Of a stretch of 64,000 nt of DNA, positions 27,763 to 37,900 are shown piece after piece (positions within the stretch are counted from its first letter, which is position 1; each line of letters begins with the position of its first letter). The stretch is taken from the NCBI GenBank assembly GCA_026195275.1, contig JAPHQU010000002.1, positions 5,964 through 69,963 on the forward strand. The letters are read 5' to 3'. The translations under genes and the position numbers were made by a program. This DNA is from Minisyncoccota bacterium (lineage in GTDB: Bacteria > Patescibacteriota > Minisyncoccia > Phycocordibacterales > JABMNX01). Below the pieces are notes generated by a model that was not told where the DNA came from, made no database searches, and saw only the letters and a list, made by a program, of their open reading frames with translations.

Positions 27763-30249
27763 ATGATTACTGCTTTTAAGAAGCTATTTGGTGACGAGCA
27801 TGCCACGGCACTCAAGAAACTGAACCCCATCGTCGCGAAGATAAACGAGCTTGAGCAGGCTACTGCGCCACTCTCTGATGATGACCTTCGTGCGCGGACG
27901 GCTGAATTCCGCACTCGACTCAAAGAGGGGGAGACTCTCGACGATCTTCTACCAGAGGCGTTTGCTGTCGTGCGTGAAGCGGCGAAGCGAACACTCGATC
28001 AGCGCCACTACGACGAGCAGCTTCTCGGCGGCATCGCGCTTCACCAAGGCGACATCGCAGAGATGCGCACTGGAGAAGGGAAGACTTTAGTTGCAACACT
28101 TCCGGTGTACCTCAATGCGCTTCCCGGGAAGGGTGCGCATGTGGTGACAGTAAACGACTACCTCTCACGGCGTGATGGTGTGTGGATGGGGCAAGTCTAC
28201 GCATTCCTCGGTCTCTCAGTCGGTGTCATAAATCAAGGACAATCATTCCTCTATGACCAGTCTCATACAAATAAAGGAGAAGACGAGGAGCGTGATGAGC
28301 TTGGTTCGTTTAAGGTAATCCACGAATTCTTACGCCCATGTAGCCGAAAAGAGGCATACGAGGCAGACATTACGTACGGGACAAACAACGAGTTTGGGTT
28401 TGATTACCTTCGCGACAATATTGAATACGAGAAAGAGAAGCTCCGCCAACGTGAGTATTATTTCGCTATTGTTGATGAGGTAGACTCGATTCTTATTGAT
28501 GAGTCGCGCACACCGCTTATCATCTCGGCGCCGACAGTCGAGTCGGAAGATCTCTACACAACATTTGCGGACATTGCGCGGCGATTTGTGAAAGATACCG
28601 ATTTCTCTGTCGATGAAAAGCAGAAAGCAATCACACTAAGCGATGAGGGTATCGAGAAAGCGGAGAAAATTCTCGGTGTCGAGAATATCTATACTGAAGG
28701 TGGTATTAAGTATGTGCATCATCTCGAGACCGCCGTGCGCGCAAAGGCACTTTTTGAAAAGGACAAAGAATATGTTGTGAAGGATGGGGAGGTGGTTGTT
28801 GTTGATGAATTCACCGGACGTCTCCAGCCAGGGCGACGGTGGTCGGAAGGACTCCATCAGGCAATTGAGGCAAAGGAGGGTGTCGAGATCCAACGTGAGT
28901 CGCGCACCTTTGCGTCAATCACATTTCAAAACTATTTCAGGCTCTACGATAAGCTCGCGGGTATGACGGGAACCGCAGAGACATCCTCGGAAGAGTTCTA
29001 TAAAGTGTATGGACTCAATGTACTCCCTATCCCGACCCATGTGCAACCGCAGCGTATTGACCGCGACGACCTCATCTACCAGAGCGAACTCGGCAAGTTT
29101 AAAGCTGTTGCGCGAAAGGTGGGTGAGCTTCACGAGAAGGGACAACCAGTTTTGATTGGCACGGTTTCTATTGAGAAAAACGAGCTCTTAAGTGCCTACC
29201 TCAAGCAAGCAGGTGTTCCACACCAAGTGCTTAATGCCAAGAACCACGAGCACGAGGGCGAGATCATTGCACAGGCCGGAAAGCGCGGAAATGTGACTAT
29301 TGCGACTAACATGGCTGGTCGCGGTGTCGACATTAAGCTCGGTGGTAACCCCGGGACTGAAGGTGAGTATGAAGCGGTTAAAGCACTCGGCGGACTCTTT
29401 GTTTTGGGTACCGAGCGACACGAAGCACGCCGTATCGACAACCAGCTCCGTGGACGCTCGGGTCGCCAAGGGGATCCAGGTGAGACACAGTTCTTTGTCT
29501 CTCTTGAGGACTCGCTTATGCGTGTCTTTGCATCCGACATGATTAAAAACATGATGGGGCGTTTTGGTATTCCTGAGGATCAGCCTATTGAAAACAAGAT
29601 GATCACACGTTCACTTGAGTCGGCACAGACCAAGATAGAAGGATTCCATTTTGATGCCCGCAAACACGTGCTTCAGTACGACGATGTGCTCAATCAACAG
29701 CGTTCGTCGGTGTATCGAGACCGTCACGCAATACTTGTTGGTCAAGATGATGACGTTCTGCAGCGACTCGATGGGATCATCTCCGGTGATGCGAGATTGA
29801 TCAAGGTTATTACCGAGAAAAAAGAAGAGCTTGGCAAAGATGCGTTTGTAACCACGGTACGCAGGATGTTGCTCCAAATTATTGACATGTTGTGGGTGGA
29901 GCATCTCGAGATGATGGATTATCTACGCGGCAGTGTGAACCTGCGAGCATACGGTCAGCGCGATCCACTCGTTGAGTATAAGAAAGAAGGTTTGCGTATG
30001 TTCAAGGATATGGAGGGTTCATTTGCACATCATGTGCGTGAAGCACTCCCAAAGATAGGTGCCACTGCATTCTCACAGGAAGAACAAAAGATGAAAGAAG
30101 TGCACGAGAGTGCACGGCTCATTGGTGGTGATGTTGCACCGGGAAGCGTAGCGAAACAGGTGCCCGTCTCGGGAGTAAAAAAAGTCGGACGTAACGACCC
30201 ATGTCCGTGCGGATCAGGGAAGAAGTATAAACATTGCCATGGAAAGTAA
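27763..30249 (+). CDS. secA: preprotein translocase ATPase SecA
   Basis: DEAD-like motor motifs (MRTGEGKTLVATLP, VDEVDSILIDE), C-terminal zinc-binding CPCGSGKKYKHCHG; alternative GTG start at 27757. Confidence 0.9.
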   Translation: MITAFKKLFGDEHATALKKLNPIVAKINELEQATAPLSDDDLRARTAEFRTRLKEGETLDDLLPEAFAVVREAAKRTLDQRHYDEQLLGGIALHQGDIAEMRTGEGKTLVATLPVYLNALPGKGAHVVTVNDYLSRRDGVWMGQVYAFLGLSVGVINQGQSFLYDQSHTNKGEDEERDELGSFKVIHEFLRPCSRKEAYEADITYGTNNEFGFDYLRDNIEYEKEKLRQREYYFAIVDEVDSILIDESRTPLIISAPTVESEDLYTTFADIARRFVKDTDFSVDEKQKAITLSDEGIEKAEKILGVENIYTEGGIKYVHHLETAVRAKALFEKDKEYVVKDGEVVVVDEFTGRLQPGRRWSEGLHQAIEAKEGVEIQRESRTFASITFQNYFRLYDKLAGMTGTAETSSEEFYKVYGLNVLPIPTHVQPQRIDRDDLIYQSELGKFKAVARKVGELHEKGQPVLIGTVSIEKNELLSAYLKQAGVPHQVLNAKNHEHEGEIIAQAGKRGNVTIATNMAGRGVDIKLGGNPGTEGEYEAVKALGGLFVLGTERHEARRIDNQLRGRSGRQGDPGETQFFVSLEDSLMRVFASDMIKNMMGRFGIPEDQPIENKMITRSLESAQTKIEGFHFDARKHVLQYDDVLNQQRSSVYRDRHAILVGQDDDVLQRLDGIISGDARLIKVITEKKEELGKDAFVTTVRRMLLQIIDMLWVEHLEMMDYLRGSVNLRAYGQRDPLVEYKKEGLRMFKDMEGSFAHHVREALPKIGATAFSQEEQKMKEVHESARLIGGDVAPGSVAKQVPVSGVKKVGRNDPCPCGSGKKYKHCHGK

Positions 30250-30457
30250 TATCAAAACAGGGAAGTATCGGCATTATAAAGGCGGCGAGTACGAGGTCAT
30301 CGGTGTTGGGAAGCACTCCGAGACACTTGAAGACTTTGTTATTTATCGGCATCGAGACAATGAACTCTCCGAGCTCTGGGTGCGGCCGCTCGGAATGTTT
30401 CTTGAGACCGTCGAAGTGGACGGCAGAGAAGTGCCACGGTTTGCATATATTGGTTAG
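30239..30457 (+). CDS. DUF1653 domain protein
   Basis: YRHYKGGEYEVIG motif; overlaps secA 3' end by 11 nt. Confidence 0.6.
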   Translation: MESNIKTGKYRHYKGGEYEVIGVGKHSETLEDFVIYRHRDNELSELWVRPLGMFLETVEVDGREVPRFAYIG

Positions 30458-30466
30458 TAATTCAAC

Positions 30467-30506
30467 GCCCAATCATATAATGTGGCGTTGATTTTGATAA
30501 TGGAAA
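30467..30506 (+). terminator. putative terminator hairpin (tcaacgcc...ggcgttga + tttt)
   Basis: 8-bp stem with long loop followed by TTTT. Confidence 0.35.
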
Positions 30507-30524
30507 AGGTATCATAAGGAGTGT

Positions 30525-30860
30525 ATGGGACTCATCACAAAACTCCTTCTTACCGTCCTCACGCTTCTTTTGGTGTCGCGCTACATTCCCGGAATCGAGG
30601 TGTCCGGGTTCTACATCGCGCTTATTGTTGCGGTGGTGCTTGGCCTCATCAACCTCATTATCAAGCCGATTCTGGTGCTTCTCACACTTCCAATTAACCT
30701 CCTCACACTTGGCCTCTTCACATTTGTTATAAACGCCGGCCTCTTCTGGTTTGTATCCACTTTCGTTGAAGGATTCACTGTCGATGGGTTCATCCCGGCG
30801 TTCATTGGTGCGCTTTCGATTGTGGTAGTGCACTGGCTCGCCGAGAAGATTGTTGACTAA
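30525..30860 (+). CDS. phage-holin-family 4-TMS membrane protein (Phage_holin_4_2 / DUF360-like)
   Basis: 111 aa, four TM segments, pattern LLVSRYIPGIEVSGF...LINLIIKPILVLLTLPINLLTLGLF typical of this family. Confidence 0.6.
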   Translation: MGLITKLLLTVLTLLLVSRYIPGIEVSGFYIALIVAVVLGLINLIIKPILVLLTLPINLLTLGLFTFVINAGLFWFVSTFVEGFTVDGFIPAFIGALSIVVVHWLAEKIVD

Positions 30861-30927
30861 GGTTGCGTATGTTGTACTCCTTAAGACTTCATTGCGTATC
30901 AGTACGGGTTTGTTATAGTTCTCAGGC

Positions 30928-31902
30928 ATGAAATTCATAGACGAAATAACTTTGTTTGCAACGGCGGGCACCGGTGGCGATGGTGTGGTTCGCTGGATCC
31001 AAGCGCGCGGTATGCCGCGCGGTGGTCCTGGCGGTGGCGATGGCGGCAGAGGTGGTGACGTATACGCGCGCGCGATACGTGACATTGCGAAGCTTGCACA
31101 GTATCGGAGTGATCCGAAGTTTCGTGCAGAGGACGGCGAGCCAGGTCAGAATCATCGCAAACACGGCAAAGATGGTGAGTCAATCTACATCGAGCTTCCT
31201 ATCGGTTCGCGTGTGACAAATAAGACAACTGAAGAATCCTTCGAGCTTCTTCATGAGGGAGAAGAGGTGTTGGTCTTGCGCGGTGGTCCTGGAGGGTTTG
31301 GTAACGAGCACTTCAAGAGTTCACGCAACGTAAAGCCAACAAAAGCAACAAAAGGAAAGGAGGGCGAAGAAGCAGAGTTGTATGTAGAGCTTTCTCTGAT
31401 AGCTGATGCGGGACTCATCGGGCTCCCAAATGCTGGTAAATCGAGTTTGCTCAACGAGCTCACCAGCGCCAAGGCAAAAGTGGGGAGCTACCAATTCACC
31501 ACACTCGACCCCAACCTCGGTGATTTTTATGGATTCATACTTGCTGATATACCCGGTCTCATTGAGGGTGCCTCTGAAGGGAAGGGGCTTGGTCACAAAT
31601 TTCTCAAGCATATTACTCGCACAAAACTCCTCCTCCATTGTGTCTCGCTTGAGAGCAGTGATCCACTTGCTGACTATCGCACGATCAGGAAAGAGTTAAC
31701 CGCGTACAACGAAGCACTCGGCGAGCTTCCTGAGATTGTTGTGCTTACCAAGACCGATCTGGTCCCAGAAGAAGAACAAAGTCGTCTGAAAGATCTCTTT
31801 AGAGAGGAGATAGGGGAGGACGTATTTACCGTGTCGATACTCGATAACGAATCAATCAAGAGTTTCTCCGACTCACTCGCGAGTATCCTCGCGTCTGCTT
31901 AG
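30928..31902 (+). CDS. obg: GTPase Obg/CgtA
   Basis: Obg fold N-term with Gly-rich GGxGGxGG repeats, G1 GLPNAGKSSL, G3 DIPGLIEGA. Confidence 0.9.
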   Translation: MKFIDEITLFATAGTGGDGVVRWIQARGMPRGGPGGGDGGRGGDVYARAIRDIAKLAQYRSDPKFRAEDGEPGQNHRKHGKDGESIYIELPIGSRVTNKTTEESFELLHEGEEVLVLRGGPGGFGNEHFKSSRNVKPTKATKGKEGEEAELYVELSLIADAGLIGLPNAGKSSLLNELTSAKAKVGSYQFTTLDPNLGDFYGFILADIPGLIEGASEGKGLGHKFLKHITRTKLLLHCVSLESSDPLADYRTIRKELTAYNEALGELPEIVVLTKTDLVPEEEQSRLKDLFREEIGEDVFTVSILDNESIKSFSDSLASILASA

Positions 31903-32047
31903 TGGTTGCCGAAGTTATTTGAACACAGCCTTGAGGGCAAACACAAAGACAAACCTAGCGATATGTCGCCAAGTCTGCGTGGTTGATATTATATGATCCC
32001 CCTTCTCTTTCAGTGGGGGAGGAGATTTGCTATAGTAACGAGTACTT

Positions 32048-33463
32048 ATGGAATACACGCCTACAATTGGTCTAGAGATTCACGCAGAATTAAAGACCAA
32101 GACAAAGATGTTCTGCGACTCCAAGAACGACCCAAACGAACGTGAACCCAACGTGAACATATGCTCTGTGTGTATGGCGCACCCGGGGGCGCTTCCGGTC
32201 ATCAATAGGGAGGCGGTGAAGCATGTACTTCGAGTCGGACTCGCGCTTGGTGGAGAGCTTGCCGACTTCACTGAGTTTGATCGCAAGAATTATTTTTATC
32301 CCGACATCCCCAAAGGTTATCAGATCAGCCAATACAAACACCCGCTTATCTCCGGTGGAAGCCTTAACGGAATTGAATTAACTCGAATTCACCTGGAAGA
32401 AGATACCGCACGCTCTACTCATGACAAAGGCGAGAGAAGTCTAGTTGATTTTAATCGTGCGGGGATTCCACTCATGGAACTCGTAACAGAACCGGTTATT
32501 AGTAACGCAATTGATGCAGGTAACTTTGCGCGTGAACTACAACTACTCCTTCGTTATCTTAAAGCGAGTGATGCAAACATGGAGAAAGGTGAGATGCGTG
32601 TTGAAGCAAATATCTCAGTGAGTAAGACAGGCGAGAAAGGAACCAAGGTAGAGGTGAAGAACCTCAATTCGTTCCGTTCTGTCGAGCGAGCTATTGCATA
32701 CGAGACCAGGCGACAGATTGAAGTGCTTGAGAGTGGCGGGACAGTCGTTCAAGAGACACGTGGATGGGATGAGAATAAACAAGAGACATTCTCTCAGCGT
32801 ATGAAAGAAGAATCGCACGATTATCGCTATATGCCTGACCCTGACCTCCCAAAACTACGCATCTCGGAGATTCGAGATTTTGAGAAGAGTGAACTTACAA
32901 AAGAACTTCCCGAACTCCCATGGGAGAACCGAAGACGCTACGTTGAGGAATATGGAATGAAGCCCGAGGATGCAGAACTCTTTGTTCATGACATGGGCGT
33001 GCTAAAGAGGCTCCTTGAAGAGCACGTGATCCCTGCATTCAAAGATGATAAGAAGAGATTTGGCTTAGCGGTTAACTATATCGCCTCGGATATTGTTGGC
33101 ACGCTATCTCGGATGGGCGAGAGCGCACGCGAACTGGGGGAGAATTTTGTAGAACTCATCACCATGGTAGATGAGGGTCTCTTGTCATCTCGAGGTGCAA
33201 AAGACACCCTCGCAACTCTCCTTGTAGAGGGTGGAAGCGCCAAGGAGGTGGCAGAGGATAAAGGGTTACTACAAGAAAGTAACGAAGGAAAGATCGCCCT
33301 GCTTGTCGATGAAATCATTGAAGAGAACCCAGAAGCAGTAAAAGAGTATAAAGAAGGCAAAGAAGCGTCTCTGAAGTTCCTTGTCGGGCAAGGTATGAAG
33401 AAGAGCAGTGGGTCGGCAAACCCTCAGATTCTTTCAAAACTTTTGATAGAAAAGATGTCCTAG
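32048..33463 (+). CDS. gatB: Asp-tRNA(Asn)/Glu-tRNA(Gln) amidotransferase subunit B
   Basis: MEYTPTIGLEIHAELKTKTKMFC, NICSVCMAHPGALPV, GatB/YqeY C-terminal domain. Confidence 0.9.
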   Translation: MEYTPTIGLEIHAELKTKTKMFCDSKNDPNEREPNVNICSVCMAHPGALPVINREAVKHVLRVGLALGGELADFTEFDRKNYFYPDIPKGYQISQYKHPLISGGSLNGIELTRIHLEEDTARSTHDKGERSLVDFNRAGIPLMELVTEPVISNAIDAGNFARELQLLLRYLKASDANMEKGEMRVEANISVSKTGEKGTKVEVKNLNSFRSVERAIAYETRRQIEVLESGGTVVQETRGWDENKQETFSQRMKEESHDYRYMPDPDLPKLRISEIRDFEKSELTKELPELPWENRRRYVEEYGMKPEDAELFVHDMGVLKRLLEEHVIPAFKDDKKRFGLAVNYIASDIVGTLSRMGESARELGENFVELITMVDEGLLSSRGAKDTLATLLVEGGSAKEVAEDKGLLQESNEGKIALLVDEIIEENPEAVKEYKEGKEASLKFLVGQGMKKSSGSANPQILSKLLIEKMS

Positions 33464-33504
33464 AAAATAAAGCTAGTCTGTCTAAACGACATACCTGTTT
33501 TCCA

Positions 33505-33527
33505 ATCCACATGCGTGGATTTTTTTA
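33505..33527 (+). terminator. rho-independent terminator (atccac-atgc-gtggat + TTTTTTT)
   Basis: hairpin followed by 7 T. Confidence 0.55.
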
Positions 33528-33555
33528 TTGCAAAAGGAGCGTATAATTAAAGTAT

Positions 33556-34605
33556 ATGGACAGTCTTACTATCGGAGGGAAAAACCACATCTCGTCAAAA
33601 CGAGCAGCCGAGCTCATGGGCTACACCCAAGACTACATCGGGCAGCTTGCGCGTGCTGGAAAGATTGACGCAAAGCGCGTCAGTGGTGTGTGGTACATCT
33701 CCGAAGATGAATTCTCTGGCAACGATACTGATCAGAGCAACAATACAGATATTGGCGAGACTAATACTGCTGATCGGGTAGCAGGCGGAAAGACTAATAG
33801 TGGCAACGTAAAAGATGAAAGCGAGACAATCATTCTTGAAGGTGATAAATATATCTCGTCAAAACGAGCAGCCGAGCTCATGGGCTACACCCAAGACTAC
33901 ATCGGGCAACTTTGTCGCGCCGGAAAGATTGAAGCACGACAAGTCGGCAGAAGTTGGTATGTACCAATGACACGTATTGAAGGGGAGCAGGAGATACTGC
34001 AGACGCCAACTAGAGAAGTTAACAACGAAGAAGAAGCTCCTTTCAGGGAACCTACTCTAGAACACACACCTGTTACTAATAAAGGTGCTGATATTTTGAT
34101 TCAATCCGCGTATACCTATACAAATGACGAAAAGCCGCTTATTCCGACACCGCAGCGTGTATCGCGGCCACTTCTCCACGAGATACTTGCTGAAGAGCGT
34201 GATTCCGGGGTCTTGCAGACGGTAGATCGTGATACATATCACACAGAAGACTCTCTTGAACCAACTCCGAGTCGGGTACACGGAGTGATTCCGGCGCAAG
34301 AGACTAAGATCAAGAAGACAGAGAGCAATCCAGTAGCGACTCCTTCTAGACTAAGCACAATACTCCGTGTGGGCACAGTTGCTGCCATGATTGTATTTTC
34401 TTCTCTCTCTTTCTCATATGCCCCATATAAGACGGCATACAGCACACGCGGCGTTGTTGAGGGGGATCAAGTAGAGGTTGCTATTCAAGCAGATGTATTG
34501 CAAGCGGGTGTGGGCAGAGTGGGCGTCAGATCGTCTTTCCTTGAGAAAGGTATAGATTTCCTCTTGAAGACGTTTGGATCAGAGCTAGAATACAAGGCAA
34601 AATAA
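33556..34605 (+). CDS. membrane-tethered protein with two tandem HTH_17 (excisionase/MerR-type) DNA-binding domains and one C-terminal TM helix
   Basis: Two copies of SSKRAAELMGYTQDYIGQL(A/C)RAGKI..(V)..(W)Y motif; hydrophobic LSTILRVGTVAAMIVFSSLSF near C-terminus; a 56-bp segment is repeated 100% identically (33589-33644 and 33853-33908). Confidence 0.6.
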   Translation: MDSLTIGGKNHISSKRAAELMGYTQDYIGQLARAGKIDAKRVSGVWYISEDEFSGNDTDQSNNTDIGETNTADRVAGGKTNSGNVKDESETIILEGDKYISSKRAAELMGYTQDYIGQLCRAGKIEARQVGRSWYVPMTRIEGEQEILQTPTREVNNEEEAPFREPTLEHTPVTNKGADILIQSAYTYTNDEKPLIPTPQRVSRPLLHEILAEERDSGVLQTVDRDTYHTEDSLEPTPSRVHGVIPAQETKIKKTESNPVATPSRLSTILRVGTVAAMIVFSSLSFSYAPYKTAYSTRGVVEGDQVEVAIQADVLQAGVGRVGVRSSFLEKGIDFLLKTFGSELEYKAK

Positions 34606-34624
34606 ACCAATAAGTCGTCATCAT

Positions 34625-34657
34625 ACACCATCTCGGCAATACGAGATGGTGTTTTTG
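34625..34657 (+). terminator. rho-independent terminator (acaccatctcg / cgagatggtgt + tttt)
   Basis: 11-bp perfect stem then T-run. Confidence 0.6.
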
Positions 34658-34911
34658 CTTCTTTAACTCATTTATATATCGAAAGAAGATCTTTTCTGGA
34701 GATCTTCGTATCATATTATATGTCCGGACAGCCGACCTGTCTCTTCATTGCGGTGTATTTTCATTATCAATAACAATCGTCACAGAGATATTCTTCCAAG
34801 GAGTTTGAATGTTTTTTAAAAAGACATCTTAAAGGGCGTTTATCCCCACACTAAAGGACAATGTCTTTTAGAAAGTGTTGTAATATATAGATAATTCGTG
34901 TTAGCGACCAT

Positions 34912-37900
34912 ATGCCAGAAGGTATTTTCTTAAATAACAAAAAATATTTCTCTTCTCGAGATGCGGCGAGTTATGCCGGCTATACCAACGACTACGTCTC
35001 CCGGCTCTGTCGCGAGGGAAAGGTGCCTGGGCAGATGATGGGTCGGGTGTGGCATGTCGAGGCGGAGCCGTTTCTTGAATTCATTCTTGGGCAGGAGCAG
35101 AAGAAGGTCGAGCAGTCACAAGCGCTCTCAGAAGGACGAAAGAAGACATACCAAAAGAGTGTTGAAGAAGATGAGATTGAGAAGCTCACGAGTCTCAGTA
35201 TTCCGCGTGTCGCACTCCCAGTGCCCGCCATCTCCCGAGAGTTGATCGAGAAGTCTGTCGCACTCAGCTTTGCGGTCTTTCTTGTGTTTGGTTCGTACTT
35301 GGCAAAAGATTCTGAATTTGTTCGTGCGACACCTGCGGCGATTGTGTCGTACGCGACAGAGGTGCGCAACAACACACTCGGCATGGTCGAGGGTGTTCGT
35401 GAGGGTGTAGAACTTTCTTCAGTACAAACACGATCCCTTATCTCGAGTGTCGCAAGCGGTGCTTACACAGATGAAATAAAAGAACAGTTCTCTCTTAAAA
35501 ATATCTCTCTTGCGGCTTCCAACTTCGGGGGGCGCATTCTTGATGTAATCGAGCGTGGTATGAAAGGATACCTTTCATTAGTTGTCCTAGCTGGCGAAGG
35601 TGTTGTTTCGGTAAGTGATGCAATCGCTAAACTCCCTGTTGTTGCACGCGAGGCATCAGTCGCAGACATTGTCGCGTACAGCACGCAAAAGGTACAAGAT
35701 GTTGCGGCTAGCACTTCAGGCGGACTGGGCAACGCACGCGAATATTTTTTGGTCTCGATTGCTCGTGGTGTAGATGGGGCGAAGCAGATTTTCCAGAATT
35801 CTCACACAACACTCGCCGCGGTGAATGTTCCTGATTTCTTTGGGAGTCTTTCAAGCAGTATTCGTTTTGGCATCATCGACTGGCTCGACATCCAATCAGA
35901 AGGAGTGGTCACTACTCCTTCCTTTGTAGAGGAGCCACAGGCAGTTATTGAACATCCAGTGATTGAGCGGGTCGTGGAGACGAGGGAGACGATCGTGCGT
36001 AGCGGTATCACCGAAGAGTATGTGCTTGCCAAACTCGAGGAACTTAACAATAAACTATCTTCAAAGATATACGATCTCACTGCTAGCAATGCATCAAGTA
36101 TCGCTAGTAACTTCAATACAATCGCAAAGACGAATATCATTAACAAACTCAAGTCAGTAACGATCACAAGCTCAACGATCACTGATTCGACGATCAATGG
36201 CAATTCAACATTCTCCGGAACGACTGGTTCATTCAGCGGAGCGGTCGATGTCGGGTCGCTCACAGTGGGTGGTGAGGTAATCACTGGCGGGCTTACTGTC
36301 GGTACCGACGGGATTGTCTTTGTGAGTAGTTCCGGCAATGTAGGTATTGGTACCACCTCACCATACGCAAAACTCTCTGTGGTAGGAGAGGTGGTTGCCG
36401 CTAACTTCACCGCCACCTCAACGAGCGCGACCTCAACTTTCAATGGCGCACTTCTCGCAACACGCGCACCAACGCTTCCACATACATTTTCAGTTTGGTC
36501 ACCTGGCGCCAGTGGCTCCAATTATGCTGACGCTTCTCTCGTGATTAATCCAGCTTCATCCGTTGCCGATGGAAACCTGATCACCGCCTCTGTAGGTGGG
36601 TCGGTTAAATTCATTGTTGACGCCGAGGGAGGTGTGTTTACTAACTCACTTACCTCAGTTGGTGGCGTGACGCTCTCGACCACTACTGCGGCAACGTTCA
36701 CAGTTGAAGGCAACACTACGTTGGGTGACTCTGTCTCTGATGTAACCACAATCAACGGTACACTCACTGTAACTGGACAGACGTCTGTCTCAACAGTTGA
36801 TGGTAACTTCGGCGTGGGCACCACGTCTCCATGGGCACGTCTCTCGGTTGCGGGGGTGTCGAATGGTACCGACCCACTCTTTACAATCTCCACCTCAACC
36901 GCATCAGCAACCTCAACTGCGGTGTTAGTTGATGCAAACGGCAACTTTGGTATCGGTACTACATCACCATCTGCAACTTTTGCGGTTGAAGGTGACGCGT
37001 ATATTAACGGGGTGATCACCACCGACCTCACTACTTCAGGGATCGTCGACTTCAGTGGTACGGGTACCACAACCTTTGGAGGTGACATAGAAGTACAGGG
37101 TCTTTCTGCAATCAATTACCTTGAGACACCATTCATCTATGCGACCTCTACCACTGCCACGTCGACATTCGCCGGCGGTCTTGCAATAGAGACCACCGGA
37201 CTGGTGTATGACTATTCGACGAATAGAGTGGGAATTGGGACGGCATCACCAAGTCAGTCGCTTGATGTGTACGGAAAGATAGCACAAAACGGATTGCAGA
37301 TGTTGTACAACGCTAACGCAGGCGGCTACACAGGGTCGCTATTCTTTGGTAGTGGTGGAGGAAGCCTTTCCCATACATCAGGAAGTGAAGGATATTATAA
37401 TACAGCGGTTGGATATGATACCCTGCTTTCAAATACAACCGGAAGTTATAACTCAGCACTTGGATACAAAGCGCTCTACTCAAATACCACGGGAGACAGC
37501 AACACTGCTGTAGGGAAGGACGCGCTTCGGTATAATACGACCGGGTTTCAGAATACCGCCATAGGACTCGACGCGCTTCAAGCTAATACCGAGGGGTATA
37601 ACAACTCCGCCCTAGGATTCGATGCTCTTTACTCAAATACCACAGGATACACCAACATTGCTGTAGGGATGAGCGCGCTCTACCGCAATACCGAGGGGTT
37701 CGATAACGTCGCAGTGGGATACGAGGCACTCCATGATAACACCATCGGAGATGGAAGTGTTGCTTTAGGTCTCGGTGCCCTCTACAACAACACTACCGGG
37801 GGTTGGAATGTCGCTTTGGGGCCTCACGCCGGCAGGTACGTCACTGGTAGTGTCGCGAATGAGTCTTCTGAGTACTCAGTGTACATTGGTGCGAACACAA

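Noticed and set aside
27417-27766. Alternate-frame and antisense ORFs (95, 99, 94 aa) over the histone-like repeat
   Set aside because: Low-complexity translations of the same tandem repeat in other frames; only the Lys/Arg-rich frame with terminator context is plausible.
30525-30860. Prophage region inferred from 'phage holin family' protein
   Set aside because: No other phage genes nearby; this 4-TMS family is widespread as a chromosomal membrane protein, so no prophage is called.
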